This document shows positions 48,434 through 58,135 of a DNA stretch of 64,000 bases, piece by piece; positions within the stretch are counted from its first letter, which is position 1; each line of letters starts with the position of its first letter. Below the pieces are notes generated by a model. It was not told where the DNA came from. It was given only the letters and a program-made list of their open reading frames with translations, and made no database searches. A program made the translations under genes and the position numbers. Origin of the DNA: Anthoceros angustus (Eukaryota > Plantae > Anthocerotophyta); the NCBI GenBank assembly GCA_010909165.1, contig VJWM01000011.1:310001-374000 (forward strand). Direction: 5' to 3'.

Positions 48434-49141
48434 ATGGCAACCATTGCACAGGTCGGAGCGTGTGGGGCAACAGTATCTTCAGCTTGGGGCGTGGCGCTGC
48501 CGCAGCAGCGGCCGAGGCAGAGTCGGAGGCAGTGGCGCTGTGTGGTGAGGCCCGGTGCAGCACGGGCGGAGGCGGAGGTGGAGACATCTCCCAGCGCGGC
48601 CATCAATCCGTCCATCAAGAAAGACGTGGAGAAGGTGGTGGACACCGTGCTGGTCGGCGAATTGAGCAAGCCTCTCACAGCTTACTGCAGGTCTGCTCTC
48701 GGTCCATGCCATGTTTCTAGTCATGCAGTTGCTAGTGTCATTGAGCGTCTTTGAAGCAATGTCGCCAGGAACCTGTTCGAGAGGCATCTGTCATCGCTGC
48801 ATTGTGCATTGCACTCTCTGATAGACAGCCTGGCAGGCGCATGATTTCAGAGAACTGCTGCAATAGTTTCTGTCTTGAAACATTTTGGCATGGCATCAGA
48901 AAACTGATGTGCTGGCTGTAGTCGTGACACATTGTGACGTCGCATCGTCAAAATGACGCTAGTGACAGAATTGCACCAAGTCTAGGACCTCTGCATCTCC
49001 TTTTCGTGTTGAACCCTGACGGGCGCGAATGGCTTCTCCAGATGCTGGCGTTCCGGCACATTCCCTCTGTGTGACGGCACTCACGCCAAGCACAACAAGG
49101 CAACCGGAGACAACGTCGGTCCGCTTCTGGTCAAGAAATGA
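48434..49141 (+). CDS. NEET: NEET (CDGSH-type 2Fe-2S) protein with transit peptide, 2 exons
   Basis: [27 protein letters not shown]|[32 protein letters not shown]. Confidence 0.96.
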
Positions 49142-49329
49142 GACTGCGCATGGGACCACCTCAGAGTGCAGTGTCTCAGAGATGTGGCGCAAATTCCGTC
49201 ATCCACGTACTTTTAAAATATTTATGTACAATAACGTGGACGTTTACAACGAAATTCGATCATGGGTATTAAATGACGAGGCATAATATATCTGTACACT
49301 CACAATGCCGGAATTTCCCCGGCAAAACA

Positions 49330-52137
49330 TTAAACCCTCCAAAATTTAATCACAGCTCCATTTCGATGCGAGCCAGAAAAGCGACGCTCGCCCACCCGTC
49401 TTCGATGACATGTCCGTAACATTATAACCAACCAGAATACCAACACCAACATAGCGGAATAGTAATACCAATTCGAAACCTGCTGCTGAAGAGTGTCAGA
49501 CCGTAGCTGCCTTTCACCGACAACACTTGCCACAAAGCCCATCGACACCTCTCTCGACTCTGCGATTAGACTACGTTCCGATTGCAAAACTCTTTTTTCC
49601 TGCAACCAGACGAGTGAAATTAGAATCACCCTCCACGAAAAGAGATGGGGTACCCTTTGAGGAGAAATTGCAATGAGGATACCAGGAAGTCAGCTTGATT
49701 GACAACCCGCTCTTGCTGTTCAAACATGCTCTGGGCATGGCTGTAGAGCTTCAAGTCCCAAACGTTTTGCTCGTGTATTTCTGATATGGTCTCCATGGGT
49801 ATTTTTTCCCGAAGCTGCAATTAAAGTCCTAACAGTTATAAGATGCTATCCATGCACGCCTTCAGCAATATTTCCCCACGTTGTCTCTTAAAGCAAGCAG
49901 CTTACCTCTCTAGAGAAGTTCACAGGTTTAATTTGATTAAGTGTGGCACTGCGACGCGACTTATGTGAACTCTGTAAGTTTGTCACACAAGTCTGGTACT
50001 TTCCGAGCAGCTGCTTGATGAATGTCTGCAAGAAAACATGTACCAATTCAGACCATGCTTGCTCAGAATTGATCTGGAACTTGGGCCATCATGACCCACG
50101 GGACTGTCGTTACCTCTTGCTCCTCTACTGCTGAGGTTGTAGACACTCCGGACATTCCTATGTCTGATTGCACCTGATCAAGAGCTTGATCTGCGGAATG
50201 AAATTGCCTGCTTAATCTGCTGCTTTAGGCTACAGATGCAATCCATGAGTGCCAGAGAAATGCAAAGAACAATATTTCTAGTACCTCCCCTTACAATGGC
50301 ATCATCTACAAGCAAATTGCGATGACCCGCAGCTCTGTGGCCAGCCCAGCTCCCTCCATTTCCGGCTATCCTCCCTTGCCGGCTCCTATGTGTTCTTTCT
50401 ACTGACTTGTGATGCAGCTGTCCTCCTACCACTGTTGCAAACATGATGGCCGACTCCTCATGCTTCTCTGTTAGCCCGACATACAGCATCTCATCCAACC
50501 TCCTCTGCATTGTCACAAACAAATAAGGGAATTAGGAAGGTTGATCGTCTTGGTAAACTGTCACATGGGACAACTATCAGAGATGCTGTTCATTAAACCT
50601 TGGAGACTTTGTAAATCGACTCCCCAAGAAAGCCATATTCCTTTACACAATTCCGTATTTCTTGTGCCTCTCCTAAAACTGAGTAATTCGTAAGCCCAGC
50701 TATCTGCAGAAGGACATCCACCACGTTAGCTCCTGGAGAACGTGATACTGGAAGGTAACAGTACGCTGGAGTCACTGACCTGAAACATGGCACCATTGTG
50801 AACTAAATCCTTCACAAGAGGATGGCGAATGAACTCATGGAGGGGCATAACCATGGACGGAACATCATAGGTATTCTCCACATCATATTCGACCAAGACC
50901 GACCCATTCGCTCGTGCATCACGCTGCGACACAAAACGCTAAATCATCATGCTGCCTTCCTTCACACATTATGTCTGGACAAATATAACCTGCCTGTGCC
51001 AAGATGCCATGCAAAAAAATGAGCCCACGGCCCAGCAGCTACCGTCTACAATAGATACAATCTAGCTGCCTTGCTAGGACCATGACACATGACTCTGGTA
51101 ACAAACAGATTTCAAGCACATGGAGAAAGAGGACGACAATAGTTACCCGCTGGTAAGCATCTGCCCGAACCATAGGAACCAGATATTTCCAGGGCCAAAT
51201 GTCCAACGTACTGACTAGCTTGTTCCGGTCTACAGCTCCTCCAGCTCCAGTGTTGCTAGATTTTAATCCTCGGCGTTGACGCAGGAACCGAGAGGCAACC
51301 TCCACGGAGAACTCATATGCACTCACCACACGGTCAAAGGGGTGGCGCATGTTTGTGACAACAGACGTCATATTCTGTGGCAACTTTGTCATCAGGCTGT
51401 AATCATCATGACTGGAAAGCAGTCTGCAATTTGGGGTACTGCAACATCGGACCTATCAGAACTCTGCTCATCCATGGCACGCAATTTGAGCTGTGTACAA
51501 AAAGACTAGAAGAAGCCGAATATGCCAGCAGAAAGCCGAAGCCCTAGGACTGTCAGAACAAAGGACAGCTGCATAACCTGGCATTCAACACCATAACCCA
51601 TACCTTGTATCCACCCGTAATTTATCGTAGGAACGAGCACACTTGCGTTCATCAGGAAAGAGATTCCTCAAAAAACTGCAGGCCGACGAACAGTCAGAGG
51701 TGACAAGTTAGATGCGTCCGGGCCCAGATACAGCTTACGAAGCAGGGTAGCGCGAGCAAACCCACCATTGATAGTAGGTCCTTCCCCCAGTACGAGGAAT
51801 GTGAAGGAAAAAAAGCAAATCCTGTAACTGCAGGGCATCCCCATGTCTGGATGCCCTGATGCTATCCAGATTTTCCAACTCCTGCTTCGCCCATGATTCC
51901 ACAAGCCTCTCGCAGCGGGCCAAATTGGTATCCAAGGATGTGGCCCCACCTGATGATGCAGAGAGCAGGTACTTTCAGAGACAGTCCTTTCCGATATCTT
52001 GGCACAACACTGTAAGTCCCAGGAAGAAGTAATGGAAAGCGGATCATCGAAGGCAGCTGACAGAGCGACTCACCCAGCAGAAGCAGAAACAGAAGCGGGG
52101 ACAAGGGCAGCAACAACGCCGTGCTGGTCATGGCCAT
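49330..52137 (-). CDS. TPST: Tyrosylprotein sulfotransferase (plant type, C-terminal TM), multi-exon
   Basis: Signal peptide exon, then LFFLHIPRTGGRTY, VTNMRHPFDRVVSAYEFSVEVASRFL, TLDIWPWKYLVP, LHEFIRHPLVKDLVHNGAMFQ, IAGLTNYS, RRLDEMLYVGLTEKHEESA and DLKLYSHA, with a C-terminal TM followed by a basic tail. Confidence 0.94.
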
Positions 52138-52698
52138 CCCGGGGATCAAAGTGCGAGCAGCATGGATCCTACCCTCGATTTTAAGGCTGTTCAACCTACT
52201 ATTTGCACCTACCTCCTCGCTGGTTTCAATGCCCTCCCCGCCGGCTGCCAACACTCACGACATCGAACCGTCCACATCCCCTGTTCAAAAGTTTGTCTTT
52301 CACAAGTGGAAGGAACCGTGAACGCCGTTGACCGTCGCTGAATAAGTTGCCCCGAATGAGTTTGCTTTATCAGTTTCTATGTGTGTAGATTGCGACTGTG
52401 CAGTGGGTATGTCCTTGGCATTCCAAACCATTTCAAATACACTCTAATCTAAAGGACATGAAATCTTTGGTTGGCCCAGTTAGCTCTGGGAGCAATCGAT
52501 CCGCGGATCGAATCCCAAAGGTATCCTACGTAACGTAATGTTTACCGGACCGGACCCTAAAATCTGTTGGACCCCAGTCTGCACCCGTCTGCATGTACAC
52601 ATGTGCATGTCCGGTTGGCGTGGTCACACGCAGTACCTTGGCATCCAGGCATAGCCTGTTGTTTGTTAAACTCATCTTCCGACCACAGGACACGAAGG

Positions 52699-55600
52699 AT
52701 GGCCACAGTACGGCAACCGGACCCGTTGTGGACTCAACAAATTGGTGTGTGCACAGGGATGGTAGGAGGAGCTCCTCCCGCTCACCTCGTCTTAGGGAGT
52801 CAATCCCTGGCAAATGAAGCATCCAGGTGCAGCAGTGTAAGGAGGCCAGCACTTCCACTTCCGAGCAAATGTGTGGGTGGGCACGGGTTTTCCAGCGATG
52901 GTCGTTGCAAGGAGCAGGAGCGCTTGTGGCAACAATTTTTTCTGGACCCTACCATGTGGTGGGACAACAGACGAGACAAGGAGAGCTCCCGTTCCCATTC
53001 ACCTCACTTCCGGCGTAAGGGGTCCGGCGAGCTGCTGTGGTTGGACAACATCTTAAAGCCAGCTTGGGTTGATGAGCAGCTCGTTTCCTTGGATACGAAG
53101 ATGGGTCACGGTGCCTACTATCCTTCCCCTTCCGACTCCAGCTCTCCGGATAAGCCTGAACCTGGCAGGCGTGCAGAATCGGAAATGGGCTCCAGGTACA
53201 GCAGGGTAAGCAGCCCAGCACTTCCACTTCCGGGAATATGTGTGGTTGGGGACGGGTTTTCCGACCATGGTCGTCGCCAGGAGGAAGAGCGCTTGTGGCA
53301 GCAATTTTTTCTGGACCCTACCATGTGGTGGGACAACAGACGAGACAAGAAGAGCTCCCGTTCGCCTGACTTTCGGCGTAAGGGGTCGGGCGAGGTCCTC
53401 TGGTTAAACAGCGTGTTTAAGCCAGCTTGGGTTGATGAGGAGCTCGTTTCCTTGGATATGCAGATGGGTCGTGGTTCGTCTCCTTTCAAGTCGAGCTCTC
53501 CGGATAAGCCTGAACCTGGCAGGCGTGAGGGATCAGGAATGGGCGTCGTCACGGCTGTAACCGTGACCACGTTATGTCAGCAGGGGAGGCTTACGGAGGC
53601 CGTTGGAGCCCTGGAATCTCTGGCGCAGACAGACTCTGCTATTTCTCAGTCTCTGCTTTGCACTGTGCTGAAACTGTGTACAGCTAAGAAGAATTTGGTC
53701 GTGGGGCGACGCGTTCATGATCTCAGTGTCAATCTTGGGTACGAGTCGAATGTATATTTGGGGAACCATATATTGCGCATGTATGCATGTGGAGGTAGGC
53801 TAGAGGAGGCCATGGATGTGCTCACCAGGGTGGGCAAACCAAATGCTTTCATGTGGTCTTCCATAATCTCCGCATATGCTAAGCATGGGAAACCTACTGA
53901 GGCCGTACAATTGTATAATGAGATGCGTAGTTCAGGAGAGAAGGCGGATGCTCACGTCTTTATAGCTGCCCTTCAAGCTTGTGCATTGGCTGCCGACTTG
54001 AAATCTGGCAGAAAACTGCACTATGATGTATTGTACAGTGGCACTCCTCTTAACCTCTTTGTTGGCACCTGCCTGGTGGATATGTACGCTAAATGTGGCG
54101 AACTAAAAGATGCACGCCAGGTTTTTGACAGCATGGCCACAAAGGATGTGGTAACATGGAATGCCCTGATTGCTGGGTATGCAAAATGTGGTGAACTAGA
54201 AGATGCACGCCAAGTTTTTGACAGCATGAAAACGAGGGATGTGGTGACTTGGAATGCCCTGATAGCTGGGTATGCTGAGCACGGTCTCGGACATGAGGCG
54301 CTTGTTCTGTATGGACAAATGGAGCAGGAGGGACTGATTTTGGCTGACCATGTTACTTTTGCTTGCCTTCTGAAGGCCTGTGCAAGCACTGGTGCCTTAC
54401 AGAAGGGCAGGCAGCTCCACTCACAGATTGTTGAAAGAGGATTGTTGGATAATGTCATGGTGGGCAACTGCTTGGTGGACATGTATGCGAAATGTGGTGA
54501 ACTGGAAGACGCACGCCGAGTTTTTGACAGCATGAACAAAAAGGATGTGGTGACATGGACCACCCTGATTGCTGGGTATGCCGAGCAAGTGCTTGGCCAA
54601 GAGGCGCTTGTTCTGTATGGAGAAATGGAGCAGGAGGGGCTGATTTTGGCTAATCATGTTACGTTTGCTTGCCTTCTGAAGGCCTGTGCAAGCACTGGTG
54701 CCTTACAGAAGGGCAGGCAGCTGCACTCACAGATTGTGGGAAGAGGACTGCTGGATAACGTAGTGTTGGGCACTGGCCTGGTGGACATGTATGCAAAATG
54801 TGGTGAACTTGAAGATGCACGCCAGGCATTTGACAGCTTGGCCACAAAGGATGTGGTGACATGGACTGCCCTGATTGCTGGGTATTCACAGCAAGGACTC
54901 GGCCAAGAGGCGCTTGTTCTCCATGGACAAATGGAGGAGGCAGGCCTGATTTTGGCTAACCATGTTACTTTTGCTTGCCTTCTGAAGGCCTGTGCAAGCA
55001 CTGGTGCCTTACAGAAGGGCAGGCAGCTGCACTCCCAGATTGTCGAAAGAGGACTGCTGGATAACGTTGTGGTGAGCACCTGCCTGGTGGACATGTATGC
55101 AAAATGTGGTGAACTGGAAGCTGCACGCCAGGTTTTTGACGGCATGAACATAAAGAATGTGGTGACGTGGACAGCCATGTTATCTGGGTATGGTGATTGT
55201 GATGAAGGTCACAAGGCACTAGCTTGTTTCGAGGATATGTTAGTTGCCGGTATTCAGCCTAATGATGCTACTTTTACTTGCCTTCTAGTAGCATGCAGTC
55301 ACGAGGGATTGGTCCACCAGGGTCGCAAACACTTCAATTCCATGGCTGAACAGCATGGCATTAAACCGACTATTGAGCATTACACCTGCATGATTGATCT
55401 TCTTGGGCGTGCAGGCCATTTAGATGAGGCAGAGAAGATGCTACTGTCATGTGAGGGTCAAAGGGATGTCGTGGGATTGATAACTTTGTTGAATGCCTGC
55501 AAAAGTCACGGGGATATAGAGAAGGCGATGTGGTGTTTTGATAGAATTGTTAGGCTGGACCCCCAGGATGCGCGCCCATATGTGCTCATGGCCAATGCTT

Positions 55601-56073
55601 ATGCAGATGCGGGTAGGTGGACGGATGTAGATAGGATTGAAACACAGAGAAGGGTAGCAGGAGCTAACAAGAAACCTGCAGTGGCGACCATTGAGGTGAA
55701 TAAGCAGGTACATCAATATGTGGTGGGAGATATGAGAGAGGATATTGCGCTTCAGGTAGAGAGTACGAATGCTCGTGTGAAGCAGGAAGGAGGCCACGTA
55801 CCTCACACAAAGTTGGTGTTGAAACCAGTGTGTGAGAAGGAAAAGGAAGATGTACTTTGTGGGCATGCTGAGAAGCTGGCTCTGGCGTTTGGTCTCTTGA
55901 ACACTCCGAGTGGGACACCGCTGGTGGTAACTAAGAATCTACGCATGTGCAGTGACTGCCACAGTTCCACGGAGATCATGTCCAGGCTTGAACAGAGAGA
56001 CATTGTGGTGAGGGATGGGTACCGGGTGCATCGATTTGCAGCTGGTTCTTGCAGTTGTAAGGGTCGACTGTAA
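52699..56073 (+). CDS. PLS-PPR protein with a DYW:KP (U-to-C type) domain and two N-terminal OSB PDF-like motifs, intronless
   Basis: First in-frame ATG at 52699 (the ORF track starts at a TTG, 52567). Two W..FF.DP..WWDNR.DK...SP.F..KGSGE.LWL....P.WV motifs are followed by about 18 PLS motifs, E1 and E2. The C-terminal domain reads KKPAVATIEV, HAEKLA, RMCSDCH, HRF..GSCSCKGRL*. Confidence 0.95.
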   Translation: MATVRQPDPLWTQQIGVCTGMVGGAPPAHLVLGSQSLANEASRCSSVRRPALPLPSKCVGGHGFSSDGRCKEQERLWQQFFLDPTMWWDNRRDKESSRSHSPHFRRKGSGELLWLDNILKPAWVDEQLVSLDTKMGHGAYYPSPSDSSSPDKPEPGRRAESEMGSRYSRVSSPALPLPGICVVGDGFSDHGRRQEEERLWQQFFLDPTMWWDNRRDKKSSRSPDFRRKGSGEVLWLNSVFKPAWVDEELVSLDMQMGRGSSPFKSSSPDKPEPGRREGSGMGVVTAVTVTTLCQQGRLTEAVGALESLAQTDSAISQSLLCTVLKLCTAKKNLVVGRRVHDLSVNLGYESNVYLGNHILRMYACGGRLEEAMDVLTRVGKPNAFMWSSIISAYAKHGKPTEAVQLYNEMRSSGEKADAHVFIAALQACALAADLKSGRKLHYDVLYSGTPLNLFVGTCLVDMYAKCGELKDARQVFDSMATKDVVTWNALIAGYAKCGELEDARQVFDSMKTRDVVTWNALIAGYAEHGLGHEALVLYGQMEQEGLILADHVTFACLLKACASTGALQKGRQLHSQIVERGLLDNVMVGNCLVDMYAKCGELEDARRVFDSMNKKDVVTWTTLIAGYAEQVLGQEALVLYGEMEQEGLILANHVTFACLLKACASTGALQKGRQLHSQIVGRGLLDNVVLGTGLVDMYAKCGELEDARQAFDSLATKDVVTWTALIAGYSQQGLGQEALVLHGQMEEAGLILANHVTFACLLKACASTGALQKGRQLHSQIVERGLLDNVVVSTCLVDMYAKCGELEAARQVFDGMNIKNVVTWTAMLSGYGDCDEGHKALACFEDMLVAGIQPNDATFTCLLVACSHEGLVHQGRKHFNSMAEQHGIKPTIEHYTCMIDLLGRAGHLDEAEKMLLSCEGQRDVVGLITLLNACKSHGDIEKAMWCFDRIVRLDPQDARPYVLMANAYADAGRWTDVDRIETQRRVAGANKKPAVATIEVNKQVHQYVVGDMREDIALQVESTNARVKQEGGHVPHTKLVLKPVCEKEKEDVLCGHAEKLALAFGLLNTPSGTPLVVTKNLRMCSDCHSSTEIMSRLEQRDIVVRDGYRVHRFAAGSCSCKGRL
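52822..53543 (+). repeat. Internal tandem duplication (369 bp + 353 bp) carrying the PDF-like motif
   Basis: Units start tccaggt(g/a)cagcag(t/g)gtaag at 52822 and 53191; both end gaacctggcaggcgtg...atgggc. Confidence 0.95.
54241..55158 (+). repeat. Three near-identical 306-bp P-L-S triplets
   Basis: gtggtgac(t/a/g)tgg recurs at 54241, 54547, 54853 and 55159; the three L motifs are nearly identical. Confidence 0.95.
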
Positions 56074-56615
56074 GAATAATGAAGTAGCCAGTGCTCAAGT
56101 TTGTGCGCCCCGAGAATATTGCATTTGGGGTCAATGTGCTTGCTTGTCGCAAGATGAAAGCGGATTTGTAAGTTCTTGCAACTTGTCATTTTGTGGTTGT
56201 GGAAGCAAAGCTGCTTACCTGCAGGACTCTGGGACCAGAGGACCGATGCTGGTGCTGGTCTCAGCATCTCCAGTTCATTTGTTTTAGCTGTTGCTGTGTT
56301 GCTGAGAGAGTGGTTCCAGGCCCAGGCCCAGGCCCAGGGTAGTTCTGCTGGCTGGTAGCGGAGCTGTGGATGCGCATGATGTCTCCAGACTTGTCAAGAT
56401 CCCTGCAACAACTCCTTGCAACTTTACTTGCAGAGATGAGGCTAGGGCCAGGCAGCTGATCACATTTTTTCACAAGGTGCTTGCTTTACAAGGCCATTCT
56501 GGTGCACAAGTGAATGCCGAGCCGGCGCCTTATCGGGATAATTCTATGACGTATTATGGTCAGGCAATTATGCGGGAGCGCAGGACAACATGAAAATTCG
56601 AACTGCTCATCATTG

Positions 56616-57079
56616 AGGCCAACAGCGCAGATTGGTTTTGAAATGGCGGATCCAAATACCTTGGACTGTTTCCTAGCTGACTGGCTACGTGAGGGACCTG
56701 AGGTAGTGGCTCCACAGTGCAGATCCATGGAACAGTGATGCTAAGGACTTTGACATGAGGTAGAGGTTCCACAGTGCAGATCCATGGAACAGTGATCCCA
56801 AGAACTTGGACTGTCTTATGGCTGGGTGCTTGGGTACTTGATCATGAGGTGGACGCTCAACAGCGCAAATTTCATGAAACAGCGGATCCTAAGGACCTCT
56901 CCGTACTGACGGTTGGGTCGAACACACGAATTGAACTACGGACATCGATTAGAGCCACGTAGCAAAAGCCATTCAGTTCGAGGGAACTGAATCGTGTACC
57001 ACCTAAGTACAATAAAAATTGAGCTGATAGTGAAAATGAAATATATGTATAATATACATTTGTTATAGGATGAGAAGTA
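56616..57079. repeat. Duplicated block A, copy 1 (copy 2 at 59566-60019)
   Basis: aggccaacagcgcagattggttttgaaatggcgg ... tgttataggatgagaagta is near-identical at both places, with small indels. Confidence 0.95.
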
Positions 57080-57495
57080 AAGTAATAAGAAGTAGATTTT
57101 ATTATTTCATCTCAGTTCAGTCGCACAATTGAGGATAAATAGTTTAATTTATTATTTGTAAATAGTTTAATTCAATAGTGAGTTGGATCTAGCCTTAATT
57201 ACATCTGCCACATCAGTTAACTACAGGCCACATCAGATTGTGTCCTTGTTGTAGTTCATGTAATTCAAATCCACTGGCCAATTAGCAGCTGTTCAACTAC
57301 ACCCAAACTATCAGTTTGACCTAAGTAAGAAACTGGACAGTTTTATGTTTGGCTGGCTGGGTGCTCATTATATCTCAAGTGTAGGCTCAGCCGTGCAAAT
57401 TGCATGAAACAATGGATGCAAAGAACTTGGAGAATTTCATAGTTGGAAACCGCAGATGCAAAGAACTTGGACAGTTTCATAGTTGGCCGGCTGGG

Positions 57496-58135
57496 TATGG
57501 CATACCAAAGAGGACAGAGGGGACGGGGCACTTTTTTCGCTCGCGAAACTTTTCTCCATACCACACGGCTTTCTTGTGTCCGATTTGGTAACCCGACCGA
57601 AATGAGGTAGCCAGCACGCACACCACGACCACTTGTACACAGAACTCCTTTTTTCCACGGTGTTGTTTCTTCGTGCGAGCAACAAGGAAAGTTTTTTTCA
57701 GACGTTATGCTCTTGTTTAGGCATGCTCCATGTGGTGCAAAACCGCAGCCATTTTTGGCGTTTTAGGTTAAATCTTGTAGAAGGTGGGAGCAGGGTTTAG
57801 GAAGGAGGGCAAGGAGCCTGGGCGGGTAGCTAGGGGTGAGGCACGTCTGTTGGGCATGAGGCGTGAGGCGTCAGTCTGTCAAACCAGTGGCTCTTTGTTT
57901 TCAAGTTGCAAGGATTGAAACATTTTCAAGCACACACACGTTTGGAAAAGAGAGTGTGTCCCCTTTGGTGCTTGGCCTTTCTTGGTTAGGGCGCCAAAGC
58001 GGACATTTCAGCATATGTTGTGAGGGTGCACCTCCGTACAGGAATCAATGGTATATTCTTCAAGATACCTACGCGTTGTACGGGTTTCGCGCAAAAAAAA
58101 TGCCCCATCCCCTCTGTCCTCTTTGGTATGCCATA
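57496..58135. mobile_element. Candidate non-autonomous TIR element (MITE-like, ~640 bp, ~41-bp TIRs)
   Basis: tatggcataccaaagaggacagaggggacggggcacttttt (from 57496) is the inverse of aaaaatgccccatcccctctgtcctctttggtatgccata (to 58135). Flanks are gctggg and gctcgg. Confidence 0.6.

Noticed and set aside
49060-49085. NEET motif reads CDGTH rather than CDGSH
   Set aside because: This is a conservative change at a non-ligand position; the three Cys and the His ligand are intact.
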